Assembly (NCBI RefSeq): GCF_036971445.1
Contig: NC_091480.1
Coordinates: forward strand, 34,100,001-34,164,000
Source: Narcine bancroftii
Lineage: Eukaryota
Reading direction: 5' to 3'
Length of the DNA stretch: 64,000 nt
The first letter of the stretch is position 1. Each line of letters opens with the position of its first letter. Below are positions 12,461 to 26,559 of this stretch, one piece after another. Both the position numbers and the translations under genes were made by a program. The notes beneath the pieces are model-generated. The model worked only from the letters and a program-made list of their open reading frames with translations, ran no database searches and was not told where the DNA came from.

Positions 12461-13071
12461 TCTGGCTATATTGACTCACAGAACAGCTTTGGGGCAGTAC
12501 AGTGGAGCAGCTATTAGAGTGCACCTGCATATCTCCTGGGGTCAATCTGATTTCTGGTGCTGTCTGTATGAAGTTTGCTTGCCATTATTGCCAGGGAGGC
12601 ACCGTTTGCATAGCAGTTAGCACAACAGTGTAACATCACCTGCGATTGGGACTTGGGTTCGAATCCCACGCTGTTTGTAAGGAGTTTGTACATTCACCCT
12701 GTATCTGCATGGGTTTTCTCCAGGTGCTGCAGTTTCCTCCCACCCTTCAAAACGTATAGGGGTTCTAGGTCAATTGGGTTTAATTGGGCGTCACAGGCTT
12801 GCGGGTGAAATGGCCTGTTACCATGCTGTATGTCTAAATTTAAAATGTAAACATTTAAATTTTAAATTAAATTTAAACAATTGTGTTCATATGGGCTGCT
12901 GCTGTGTGTTTCAATTTCCTTCCACATCTTAAAAATTGACAGATTGACAGGCAAGGTCACTGTGACATGTCCCTAGAGTGTAGATGAGTGGCAGAATCTG
13001 AGAAAAAAAATAAAATGAGTGTACATGGGTGATTGATTGTTGATATGGACTCGATGGATTGAATGGCCTTT

Positions 13072-13845
13072 TCAGATTTCAGATTTATTGTCAGAGTACA
13101 TACATAACATCACATACAGCCTTGAGATTCCTTTTTCCTGTGGGCGTGGCAAAATTACCACTAATTGATTATGCAAAAAATAAACTGTACACAGCATAGA
13201 ACATGTAAACAAAGAACTGTAAAAAGGTACTGAATGTTAACAAACTGTGCAATATAGAAAGAACAAAAAGAAAATCAATAAAGTGCTTAAGAGTCCTTAA
13301 TTGAGTCTCTGACTGAGTTTATCGTTGAGGAGTCTAATGGTGAAGAGGTAGCAGCTTTTCCTGAACCTGGTGGTGTGAGTCTTGTGGCACCTAGACCTCT
13401 TTCCTGATGGCAACAGTGAGAACAGAGCATGTGCTGAAGGTGTAGATCTTTGATGTTGCTGCTGCTATCCGACGGCAGCGTATCCTGTAGATATGGTCAA
13501 TAATGTGGAGGGTTTTGCCTGTGATGTCCTGGGCTGCATCCACTACCTTTTGGAGTGCTTTAAGCACATGGGTATTGGTGTTTCCATACCAGACCGTTAT
13601 GTAACCTTAAGTTATGTAGCTAGTCAGCACACTTTCCACCACACCTCTGTAGAAATTTGACAGGGCTTCTGATTTCATACCAAACCTCTGCAAACTCCTG
13701 AGGAAGTAGAGACACTGACACACTTTCTTCATGATGCCATTGGTGTGTCAGGTTAAGGAAAAATCCTCCAAGATAGTGACTCGCAAGAACTTAAATTTGC
13801 TGATCCTTTCCACCTCTTAATCACTCAATGATCATTGGATTGCAT
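13072..13845 (-). mobile_element. Rex1/Babar-type LINE 3' fragment
   Basis: (ttcaga)n tail and cagcttttcctgaacctggtggtgtgagtc; homologous to 34590-34800. Confidence 0.7.
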
Positions 13846-14031
13846 TTTCGTATTGTGTGACTATCATTTAGACATTGTCAGGTTATCCAATGTGATACTA
13901 CATTAATATTGACACATAAAAAAACTGCAAATTTTGGAAATCTGAAATAAAAATAGGACAGGTTGGAAAGATTGAGTTGGTCTTTGGGCATAAATGGAAA
14001 GATATAAAGGTTTAAATCCTCAAAGTTAAAG

Positions 14032-15393
14032 CAGTGGTTCTCAACCTTTTTCTTTCCACCCACATACTTTAAGTCATCCCTTACTAATCACAGAGCAGCT
14101 ATGGCAGGGGTGTCAAACTCAAATTCACGGAGGGCCAAAATTAAAAACTTGGACTAAGTCGAGAGCCGAATTAAATATTTATTGAAAATTTTCAACAACA
14201 TCTCCATGTTTTCTCTTCTTTCAACATATGTAATGTTAAACTTTAGGATATAACTTTAGGAGGATAATGTTACAGGTCAGGAGGAGGTAGCTCAAGTTCA
14301 CCCTTTGTTTGACCTGAGGGAAACCTATTTGGTCCCTGTGGAGATGTAGTCAGCATTCACAGGCTGTGTCCATTTTGGCCTGCATCAGGACTCAGCATTT
14401 CCTGCTCACTCCTCAGGCTCTAGGCCTCTATTCACCCTCGACCCACCATCCCTCTACCTCACCAGTCCTTTACCCAACCTCTACTCACCCCTCACTCCAC
14501 TCGCTCTGCCTCTACCCACCCCATCCTATATATTCCCCTCTACTGCCTCTCCCCTCAACCTGTTCCTCCCTCTACCCGTCTCTCACCCTCTAATCACCCC
14601 TCCCCTACTCGCCCTGCCCCTCCCCTTTTACCTCTTCCCTATCCACCCCTCCTTCTACTTATCCCTCCCTCTAACTGCCCCTCACACCACCATAACTTCC
14701 CCTGCCCATTACTCCTCACCTACACCCTCTGCCCACCCCTGCTTACCCACCCACTCAGGCCCAGCGCGCTTCCGATCAGCCTTTGCGGAACAGCGGGGGC
14801 CGTGCACAGCCTGCCATGTCCGTCGCGCCGACAGGAAATCACAGGCGCTCGCCAATCCACCGCACCGCTCGACAGGTGGGAGAAGTGACTGGTTGTGCAG
14901 GGAGCCTTCCAACTGGCTTGCCGGCTGATGACATCGACAGACTTCTCGTGTTACAATTTTGTTTTCCCCGTTCTCAAAGTTTGCACGGTCAACCTGCAAC
15001 ACTTTTGCTCCCTCTGCGTCCCGTGGATCTGATGCCTGGGTGTTGTTAGGATTCCCAGCAGAAGGTTTGTGGAACTTTACCATTCTAGATTCCTTTTTGA
15101 GAATATTCTGGCCATCTTTTAATGGGGGTGGTTTTAGGGGGGAGGGGATAGTTAGGGGGTGGGGAAGGATGTGCAATGAAGGGGGAGGATGGTGGGGGTG
15201 ACATTACCAAAAAACAGCATCGGCTCTCGCTGCAGGGCGGGCCACCTCTAATACATTTTTGAAATGATCTTGCGGGCCAAATATAATTATATCACGGGCC
15301 AAATTTGGCCCGCGGGCCAGAGTTTGACATGTGTGAGCTATGGCATAGGGTATAGCTGTATGTGAGTCGAAAGGAAAAGGTTGAGAACCACTG
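14032..15393. mobile_element. hAT MITE (~123 bp) split by a nested hAT insertion
   Basis: TIRs CAGTGGTTCTCAACCTTTT / AAAAGGTTGAGAACCACTG; 8-bp TSD AGTTAAAG/AGTTAAAA. Confidence 0.88.
14105..15335. mobile_element. Non-autonomous hAT (Charlie-like) element, copy 1
   Basis: Ends CAGGGGTGTCAAACTC...GAGTTTGACATGTGTG; perfect 8-bp TSD AGCTATGG; ggcccgcgggcc subterminal palindrome. Confidence 0.92.
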
Positions 15394-16424
15394 AGTTAAA
15401 ATTTCCTGTGTCATAACAGGGAGGATTTAATTTAACCTTGCAAAGAGGATGAGGGAGGGTGGTCTGGATGGATGTCATCATTTTAGTTCAAATGTATTCC
15501 TCATCAAGATTCCATCAAATATCAAAAACATCTGCACTACCCAATTAACCCAAAAATATATGGATTATTATTATCAGCTGTATGACATTATGTGTGTTCA
15601 CCGAGATTCTGGCAATCAATTGGCTGATGTAATCACCCTTAATGTTTGGCAAATTATAATTTTGGTGGCCACCACTGGATCTAATTAAAATATTACATTC
15701 ATAAATAAGCTTATGGCGGAGGCCAAGAGGAGTAAAAAAGACCTGACTGTTTTTAAAGATTGCGCCAAGGCTTTTGAGTCTGCTGGTCACAAGTTTATTA
15801 TGAAAGCTTTGGGGCACTTGAGTGTTAGCCTTTATTTTATCAGTTTCATCCCATGTTTATATTATAATCCTATAACATGGTTTTTTGAACAACATCTTGG
15901 CATTTCTTATTCATGCCTTGTCTGTCATGACAGAGGAAGCTGTAGAAGTGGCTACAATTGCAATGTTCAAAAGACAGTTAGACAGATATATGGACAGGAA
16001 GGGCTTCAAAGGATATGAATGAAATGTAGGAAAATTAGACTAGCCCAAAATTTCAACTTGCTTCGCATAGACGTAGGGCCTATTTCCTGCTCTATAGTTC
16101 TACTAAGTCCTTTACACTGCCCTAAAAATTGGGATTCATCTGCCTTTTAACTAATTCACTTATCTGTGTGAATACAGCAAATGCGGGATGGGGGGGGGGG
16201 GGTCCCATTTTCATCCTGGTAATTGCTTAGCAAGATAGTGGTATCAGAGGCATGCATTTCACGTCGGCTCCTGTATAAAAGGCTTACCCACCTTCCCGGG
16301 TCATTGACACTGTAATGCTGCAGATCCTGCCTCCTTTTAACCAAGGATGCCTGGTTCCTATGTAAAAGGTCAGACAGCTTTTCTTGGTTCAATGTGAATG
16401 CTCTGATCCAACCTGACTTGGCTT

Positions 16425-19400
16425 TTAAAAAAAATATTTTATTTAATATTTTTATCAATACATGTAATAATAATAAAATACAAAAAATACAATAATCAAA
16501 TATTAATGTCAGTTCCATTATACAGGATGGTATAAAACTCTTAATGCCCCCCCTCCATCCAGCAAAATAAAATCCCGAAATAAAGAAAAGAGAAAGTAAA
16601 GAAAAGAAAATAAACCTGATTGCCAAGAAGACACCACCCACCACATGGTTCTAACCATTTACATTTTTTAATTCTTCCAAGGAAAAATTAATTTCCGCAA
16701 TTTGTAAATATGGGGACAAAATTTTCAAATAGACATCATATTTATTTCTTAAATTAAAAGTAATCTTCTCAAGAGGAACACAACTATTCATTTTTGTGTT
16801 CCATACCCAGGTGACAGTCCGATTTCCATGTTACTGCTATACATTTTCTTGCTACTGGTAATATAATCTTTACAAATTATTTTTGATATATAGTTAATTT
16901 CAATTTCAGTCTTATCCCTACAATATTACCTAATAAAAATAATGTTGGATTTTGTGGAAATTTAATTCCTGTAAACTGTTCTAAAAATTTTCCCAAGTTT
17001 ATCCAAAAAGGTTTCACTTTAGGGCAGGACCAAGTGGAATATAAAAAGGTACCTATCTCCTAGACACATCAGAAATAATGATTTGATAAATCTGACTTCA
17101 ATCTATTTAATTTTTGCAGCATAAGATATAATTGGAGTTGAAAATTATATTGAACTAACTTGTTTCTAACATTTATTGTATTTCTCATACTATCTCAGCA
17201 TAACTCTGACCAATTTTGGTCATCAATATTAATATTTAAATCCAACTCCCATCTCTGTCTGGACCTATGTATCCCCTGCTTAAGAGTTCCCTTATGCAAT
17301 AAAATGTACATAGCTGAATTAAATTTCTTTATATGTCTAACATGAATCAGCTTCTCCACATTTTGGTAATGACATTATTGGACCCAAGTTATCTCTTAAA
17401 TATGCCTTTAGTTGATAAATATCTATATTTATTTTTAAATTGTTCAAATGACATTAAATTTCCTCCCTCATAATAATCTTCTATATATCTAATTCCTTTA
17501 TGAGACTAAATGTTTAAAAATTGATTATTTATTGTAAATGAAATGTTAATTTTGAGTCAGAGGCATTTTAGGTAACACAACCCCCTCATTCCAGTTGCAG
17601 TGTTTATCTTATCTTATGAATCAAATGTTTCAACAAAGGGGTTTCCCTCTCACCCAATATTAATTTTGATTCCCATTTATATATTCTGGTATTCTCTATT
17701 TTTTTTAAATCAGTTTTATCATTTTCTATTTTAATCCATGCCAACATCTCTCCCTCTTCAAATAATTGAAGCAAGAAACCTCATTTGTAATAATTTTAAA
17801 ATTTGGAAGCTGTAGGACTCCTCATTCAAATTTCCATGTTAATTTATCTAAAGAATTCCTCGACATCTTACCCTTCCAGAGAAACGTTCTTACATATTTA
17901 TTTAATTCTTGAAAAAAACTTTTGTGGTAACAGTATTGGCAATGTTTGAAAGAGATACTATACTCTAGGAAATATATTCATTTTAACACAATATTGTTAT
18001 TGGCAATGCCATCCACTTATTCAAATCTTCTCCAATTTTCTTAAATAAAGGTGAATAATTCAATTTATATAAATTATTTAAGTCATTATCTATCCTTATC
18101 CCTAAATATTTGATTTCATTCACCGGCAATTTAAATTGGGTATCTCTTTGGTACTGAGTATCATCCTCTTTAGTGAGAGGCATATTTCACTTTTATCCCA
18201 ATTTATTATATTGCCTGACACTTTAATGCATTCCTCCAGTCTTAAATGTAATATATGTATTGAACCTACTGGTTCTGTCAAATAAATCAAAACATCATCA
18301 GCAAATAAATTAATTATAAATTCATCTCAACTAACTTTAAATCCCTTAATATCAAGGTCAGATCAGATCGATTCCGCAAGTGGTTCTATCGCTAAAATAA
18401 ATAAAGCTGGCGTTAATGGACATCCTTGTCTACTAGATCTGGTTAACTGAAATGGTGAAGATACCTATCCATTTGTTACAACTTTTGCTTTAGGTTCATT
18501 ATATAAAGCTCTGATCCAATTTGAAAATATCTGACCCAACCCAAATATTTCCAACACCTTAGACAAAAAAACCCATTCTAATCTATCAAATGCCTTTTCT
18601 GCATCTAGAGCCATTGCCACATTTAAGTCTCCCTCTTTTATGCTAAATGTATTGTACTAAGTACTGTAGTTGCATTATCCGCAGACTTTTTTTTTTTACA
18701 AACCCTATCTGATCCATATTTTTCAGTTTTGGTAAAAACTTTCATCAGTCTATTTGCAATTATATTACAATCTGCATTTAACAATGAAATAGGTCCATAT
18801 GACAATGGTTTTAAAGAGTCCCTACTTTTTTTGGTATTACTATTATTATCGCTGTAAAAAAAAGATTCTAGGAGAATGTGTATTTCTGCCACCTGACCTA
18901 ATACCTCCATAAAAGGAGTGATCTACAAATCCTTAAATTCTTTATAAAACTCAGGTGGGAAACCATCTTCTCCTGGAGATTTATTGGTTTGTAATGAGCT
19001 CAATGTCCCCCTCACCTCTGTTAGGGTGAAGCATGCATCCAGCTCCAATTGCTCTTCCAAATTTAACCTTGGTAATCTTATCTGTGATAAAATGTAATTG
19101 ATATAACTTAGAATAAAATTGCTTAAAAGCTTTGTTAATTTCTTGAGGTTTGTAAATAGTCACATTCAAATATGTCTTAATTGTATTAATTGTTATTGAG
19201 ACTTACTTTGCTTTCATCTGCCAGGGGAGGACCTTATGGGCCCTCTCACCCAGCTCATAGTTTCTCTGTTTAGTTCTCATTATTTTTTTCTCTATTCTAT
19301 ATGTTTGTAATGTATTAAAGTTTCTTATTAATAAGACATCTACATTCCTCCAGAATTCCACCTTTGCAAACCTTTTTCTAAATATATTGTATCTTTCTAT

Positions 19401-19935
19401 AATTGTTCTACCTCTTTCCTATAATCCTTCTTAATTTTAGAAGTATAACATAATTTGTCCTCTTAAGTATGCTTTCATCGCATCCCATACATTTATTATT
19501 AACTGAATTAGAATTAGTCTTTAGATTATATTAATCTCTAAACTGATTTTTCTTTATCTGACATTGTAATTGTCATTAACAAAGGGGAATGATCCAATAA
19601 AATTCTTGCTTTAAGATATTAAGAATAAATCTATCCTCGAATAAGAATCAAGTCTATTTGATTAAAATGAATAATCTCTCTCTCTCTCTCTTGGATGGAT
19701 TCTTCTCCATGTGTCTAGTAATTTCAAGACTTTCATTAAAGTCAAAGTTGCTTTTAATTTAAATGAAGAAGCTCTGACAAATCCCACCCAGTCTCTTTTT
19801 AATTTCTGATGCTCTGTTTCAATTAAATTAGTTTCTTGCAAAAAAGCTAAATCTACTCTCATTTTTTTAATGTTCTTTTTTAATGTTTTTTTAATATTCA
19901 TTTTCTCCTCACCAGTCCATTTAGCCTGGTAACAT
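16425..19935 (-). mobile_element. L1-clade LINE, near full ORF2, decayed
   Basis: Endonuclease motif VDLAFLQETNL..LKRDWVG; RT motifs YGPISLLNADC, RQGCPL.P.LF.LAIEPLA, LFADDVL and IKYLGI; many stops and frameshifts. Confidence 0.9.
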
Positions 19936-22449
19936 TAAAAGAAGTTGGTATGGCTCAAGATGCATCAAAACAGTAAATATGGAATTACTCTTGACAAAGA
20001 TCGTTTAGGTTTTTAATAGTGTGATTAAAAGACTTGATCAGTTAGAGGGAATAATTTGCTTTCACTATGTTTCACCAGTAAACCATTGACATTTAGGCCT
20101 TGGACATACAGTCTATGCAAGTAGTAAACTTTATTCTTCTGCTTTTATCTCTTCCTCCCTGAAGGCAGTTTATCATGCTGGATTATAGTTTCATTGAAAT
20201 GAATAATCACCTCGTTACCTCTACCAAACTCTTTTTAAAGGTAGCATGTTGCCCAGGAGGCAGGAGTATTGTAAAATGTGGTGCATCGAAGGAAAAATCT
20301 CTGAACAACTAATACATTTGTTGGAATTTATTGAACTAGCAGTAGATTGAACAAAATAGACCAGATCTATTTTCACTTTTTCAACTGGAGTGTGGAAGCT
20401 AATTATAATTGTAGCACTTCAATTTTATTTGAGTGTTTTCCTCTTAGACAATATCATATATCTGAGGTTAAAAAAAAAGTGATGATTAAATCTAAAGTAC
20501 AATGTGGAGATACTCAGCAAGCTAAGCAGCATCTTTGACAACAGAAACTGTCAATGCTTCAGGTCTACGATCTTTCATCGGCTCTGATCTTCCCTAGAGT
20601 TATGGTCTCTCCACAGCTGCTGCCTGCCTGACTTGCAGAGCTTCTCCAATATTTTACAGTGTTTAAATTGCAATGCTTGAAAGGCATTCAGAAAGATAAT
20701 ATGCATAGGCATCATTGTTGATATTGGTAAAGTGGGCTGAAGGGAGACATTTCTGTGTTGTACAATTGATGCTATGCATCAATTTAAACAAAATGCTCTG
20801 GTTACTTTACCCATTCTCACCTAGGAGGCAAAAACCTATCTGTCCCATCTCAGAATACAGGATTGGGAATACCTTTATTTTAGCAAGTAAGCATCCTGAT
20901 GTATGTGGCTCACAACTGTCATGGGTATGTGTGCGTTGATGATTTCATTACACCATGATATTAAAATTAGAATCCATAGCAATAGCAAGTCTTAGACTAA
21001 TTGGCCCTCATTACTGTATTTTGAGCTGGACTTGTGAAGAAACAATCATAAATAGTATTAGTTAACTTTAATTTTAGTTGGCTTATCAAAATAAAAAAAA
21101 TAAATACTAAAACACTAAATTTGATAGCTAAAGCTTCATGAAATAATAAAATGACTACAGCAGCCATATGTTAAACTGTAAAGCAAAGCACACTGACTTA
21201 AATGGAAAGTGAAGCTTACCCTTTTCAAAGAAAATTCTCCAGAGCGACTGGAAAGAATGAAAAAAAAAATCTATAAAGCTTACTTTGCAGATGACAAGAG
21301 AAGAAACAGTGTCTTTTCAAATCAAAGGTCAAGTTAAAAAATTTAAAAAAAACCCTGGAAAATGCTGGATATACCCATCGGGTCAGGCAGTAACTGAGGA
21401 GAGAGAAACATAACCCATGGAGAAGATCAAGACTAATGACAGGTAATCTGTGGCTGCAGATGCGGCTGGCTCACAGAGTATCTCCATCATTTTATTTTAG
21501 ATTTCCATCATTAACAGTACTTTTGCTTTTTGTCAATTTAAGAAATTTGATATCAATCATGGAAAAAGTTTAAAAGTAAAATCATAATATTAACAGGAAA
21601 TTTATTCAGGAAATGAAGTAAGGTGATTTTAAATGGGAATAATAGCAAGCATGGTAACTGTCTGTTTAAAGTCTGCCTTACATCCTACATTGGAGCTTTA
21701 ATATAACCATATAACTGTTTACAGCACGGAAACAGACCATGAAGAAAAATAAAACCAGAAGAAAAGTTGCATCTGTGTATTTTACTTTCTTTCTTCAACA
21801 AAGCATGCAAGATTGTTAAAAATAAGTTAAATTGCCAACACTGAAGTTCAAATGGTTATGAGGCTTGAATACTTAAACGTGCATCTCATTTTCAGAAGGT
21901 GTGTCAACCAAATTCACTGATAGAGGATCTTCAATTTGCATGATTCACCTGAAGGTAACATTATGCTTTCCCACTTCAGATACTGCCTCTCTCTCCTCTC
22001 TTTGAGTGATTACTCTGGGGGCAAATGAGATTAATGTTTGGCCAAGGAGTTGATTTCTCCTCCACTGAAAATAGTGATGTTCTTCTGGATAGGAAGGGAC
22101 TTATGTGCCTCACTAATAATGCTAACACCATAAATAATAATTTCAACATGTTAAGATGAATTTTAAAGTTTGTATCTCTAGTAAACATATGCATAAAGTA
22201 ATTCTTTTTTAAGTAAATACAGTATGTGCCACTGTCTGCAAACTACATTCCTTTGGTTTTGAGAAGAATATACTTAATGATATTGAGTTTATTGTCATAT
22301 ACATTTGTATAATGTGTATATACACTGAAATTCTTATTAGGTTCACACTAGATCAATAATTACAGAATCTAGCAAGTTCTTTGTGCTATATTTTGACCAT
22401 GTGATTTCTTGAGTTGGTGCTGCAGAATGACTCAGCAAAAGGAGGTCCA

Positions 22450-22870
22450 ATAGCCTACAGGTCACCCTTGGGCAAAGTGTTTAGCCTCCCAGTCAGGGTC
22501 ATATGAAGCCATGGTGGATGGTTTTTACAAGCAGATTCTACAAACTGGAATTTGGGGTTGTAAAACTAAAAACGCTGGGCAGATGAATCTGCTGATCAAT
22601 GGCCAAAGTTACCCTTCCAGTCTGGGCCCAGCAACTGAAGAAGGCAATGGGAAACCACTTCAGTATTTTTTCCCTTGTATAATCATGAACTCAATGTCGA
22701 CTGCGGTCTCAGCTCAAAGATGGAGCCTTCACCGAAGGAGAACAGGGGAGGCAACAACTACAGTTTGGAGGGTCAGAGAACATGATGGATGGAGAGACAT
22801 GATCACCTGTGCCAAACAGCTAAGCATCTGAATGAATCTGGAATTCAAGCACCCAACAGTCTCAACCAAC
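22450..22870 (+). mobile_element. RTE-related short repeat; second copy ~49950-50225
   Basis: Both share aactgaagaaggcaa.gggaaaccac (Bov-A/RTE-like motif) and ctcagctcaaaga...gagacatgatc. Confidence 0.6.
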
Positions 22871-24109
22871 CAGGAAAAAAAAATTGAGGAAAATAAATTA
22901 AAATAAAGAATAAAATAATAAATAAAATATATGCAAGTGTAAAATTGTAAACGAAAATGTTTTCTGAAGGAACACAAACCTTTGGTGAAGATGGGAGCAA
23001 TATTCAGCCAGCAGAGGGCCTTGGTTGTGTTTTGCTTGTGGGAACTGTTTGAATAAAGTTGTGTTTGAATAAAATAGCATCGCCTATGATGAAGAGCTTG
23101 TTGATGCCACTTGCCATTGAAGTGACTCTCTTAAAGTGTCTCTTTTTTTCTGCTTAGTCAGTCACCCTGATCAAAGGCTTTATCTGTAAACTTGGGGGAG
23201 GGAGGGGGGTAAATTATCCATCATGTTATTGTTCATCTTTCGGCTGGGGGAGGAACTTGCAGGTATAGCGACGGTTAAACTTTTTCAAAGAATGTGACTG
23301 AAAATAAATTAAATGCTTTATGGTTTATATATTCATGCAAGTGAAGTTTGTTCAGTGTAAATTTTTTTAAATTTTCTCTTTTAAACTGTTTATTCTTAAT
23401 ATAGGTGTATTAGTTAGACATTGTAAGTCTTAAGCAACAGGAAAATACACTTATCTGGCATCTACCAATCCCCAAAGGTGCTGGATACCAGGGGTATTTT
23501 TTTCTATTTTTCCTGTAAAAATCAGGTGATGTGTGATCCATTGGAAATATTCTTGCCTTCTTCAGTCTGAACTTCATCAATGAATTGATTCTCAATCTAA
23601 TTTCTCTTTTCCTCCCTACTTCTTTATGGTTCATGGAGAATTTTATGTCATCAAATGTTTGTCCTCTGTCTCTTTTAAAAAGTGACATGAAAATATATCA
23701 TGCAAAACTGAAGATTTCAAATGTAATTTTTTTTGCAAGAAGATAATTTTCACTGATCTGTTGTATTGTTTATTAAATATTCCATTTATTTAAATGTTTT
23801 CACTGTTTTCAATTTGTTTTATTTTGAGTTTCATACCTTAAGGTATCAAATAGATCTTTAATTGAAAAGGGTTCTTTTTTAATAAACAAGACAGGTAAGA
23901 TTTCCATTAAAGTTTGATTTGCATTATGCCTGCCACTACCACTCTTTTTGATTAATATTTCTGCATTCTAAACATTCACTGCATAACTTGTTTTGCCAGA
24001 ATTCTTTATTCATTCTATTAGTGGCTGTTATATTTATCAGTCATAGCTTTTAACCACGTAAGTGGAACTACAACTATAAATTTCATTGTGCCAATAAAGA
24101 ATATAGAAA

Positions 24110-24480
24110 ATAAGATCAGGAGTCAGCCAATCAACTGGTTCAACCTACTCAGCTATTAAATAAGATTACTCACCTCAACACTTCTTTCTTACTCTCTTCC
24201 CAGACCCCTTGATTCCTTGCAGTTTAAAGGTCCATCATTTTCTGCCTTGAATATTTTGCAATGATTCTCTCTTCACAGCTCTGTACTAGAAGATTGCAAA
24301 ATTTCACAATCTTCTGACAAAAGTAATTTTTCCTCATCTTGGTTTTAAATGGGCTATTCTTACTCTAACACCGTGTCCCTTGATGCTAGGCAATTCCATT
24401 AGAGGAAGTATCCATCCTTTTAATCCCATTCATCATTTTCTATGTTTCAATAAGAAACTGTTCATTCATTGAGTATAGAC
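24110..24480 (-). mobile_element. CR1/L2-type 3' fragment
   Basis: Reverse complement of a typical LINE 3' end (agattgcaaaatttcacaatc..., ccttgaatatt). Confidence 0.5.
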
Positions 24481-26559
24481 TAACAACTTTGGCAGAAAGA
24501 CAAATGGGGACAGAATTTCATGTTCTATTCATGCTGTGTTGCATTTTAGTAGTTGGTAAATGTAAACTTCAATGCAATAATTAATAAGCATTACTTACTC
24601 TTGAATGCCAAACTTGAAGATGATAAGATATTTAATTAATGGGTCTCACATCCTCTACTAGGTCTCACCTGGAGTACTATTAGAGAATTGATTTCTGTGC
24701 TTTAATGTAGAATATTCCAATCAACAAATAATCTTCCTGTTGCACTCCACATGTTTGCAATCGGGGCTTTGTAAATCTCATGTAACCAACAGTGCATGTA
24801 TAATGATTTGAGACTTCCTGAAGTTTTACTTGCTGATCAGATCCAGTAGTGTGGCTGGAGTCAGGTGGTCCACCCATCCCTTTGAAGCATGATAGTACAG
24901 AGTTATAGAATCACAGACATTCGTGAGGGAGAGGCAATTGCTTGATCCATTAATGTGTACTGCTGAAGAAATGCTTTCTTATAAGATATAAATTCCAAAC
25001 TTTGTTCAATAACCTTGTTGATACCCATACATTAAAGGGTTTTCTAAGAATTCTTGCCTCTACCAAGCCTCTTGGCACTGACACGGTCTCCCCCCACCCC
25101 CCAACCATCCCCCCCCCCCACCATCCCCCCACCCAATCTCAACTAACTCTCAAAGGGAAAAGGGTTTTCCTCATGGAGCCTCTAGTTGTCCTACTCACAT
25201 TCAGGCTATGTCTAAATTTTTTAAAAAATCAGCGGAGTGGTTGTCCACAGGACAATCAAGAAGTCTTGTGGCATGGCATGGACTGGATGGGCCCAATAAC
25301 CTCCTCTCTTGAATTTCTGGCTAAATTGCTATGCCCTTGGGTTGCATTCCAAAACAATTTCTGAACTATTAGTTACCAATGCACAATATTAGATAGAAAA
25401 AAAAGAGATGAGGAAAATTTCTATGTACTGTATGTCGTTGGAATGCTGGAAGTCACATAAAAGAGGCAAATACTTACCGTGGCACTCAGCCTGTCATAAA
25501 TTTCATGAAGGTCTTTCAGTATTTCATTAGCCAGCTGTGACTATCATAATTCTGATCACAATAAAGTTTCAATGATCTCTCATGGTTGACTTTATGTTAG
25601 TGGAGTAAAATCTGTTCATAACCCTTTGGTCAGATTGGCTAGGAGAGATAACAGTCCAAACATTCCAATTTCTATGTTTAATTAAATGGCCAAATTACAA
25701 CATCAAGTCTTTTGAACTCTTTTTCTTCTTCTAAAGTTTGTACCTTGAACTTTACTCGAAATGTTTATTAGATATTGACTGGATAGTTTTTTAAAAAAAA
25801 GGCAGATTCCAGTGTGGCAGGTGTAAATTATCTCTTTTTTTCAGTTGCGTGCTGGTAAAATGCATTAGCATCCAAAGCAGCATACGCTGTCTTGGACAAA
25901 TCTTAATCAGGTAATGTCTGAGACGTCCAGAGAACCTGGAGGTGCAGCCTTCAGCCTTCTGTGCAGTGTCTCAGGATTAGTTGTTTATTGGGAAGGACTG
26001 AGTTGATAGGATGGCATAGTGTCAGCATGTTTTAAGACCACCACTTGCATATGTTTATTAAATAAATTGTGAACCTGAAAGTCATCAATTGGTTTCCCAT
26101 TTGGGTAAGGGATGCCTGGAGCAGATCATTGGAACAGTTGTGACTGAGTCATGACCAGTAGAGTTTTTCTTTGGGGTCAAAATTTAGACATAGGGTGCAA
26201 AAGCTTTACATTAAAATCCTTTAACTTTTCCCAGAGATAGCCATTGAATCCCTTGTGTGTAGTTGTAATACCATGGTGCATCTAATATCCTGGGCATTCA
26301 GTGCCAAAGCCATTCAGTGGTAAGCATTGATTGTCATAATTATTATGGGAATTTGGGGGTTCGATGTCCTGACCTTTCAATTCCATTGGCAGATTGTGTT
26401 TTAGCCATGCACTGCATGCATCGGACATGTAGTACTTGGACATGAGTGCAGTGTGAATACAGTGCCTTGGCCATACCTTAAAATTCTGTGTCCTGGCAAT
26501 GCAGTGGTCACTGAACATATAATGTCCTGACAATACTGTGGCTTGTACATCTACTAACC

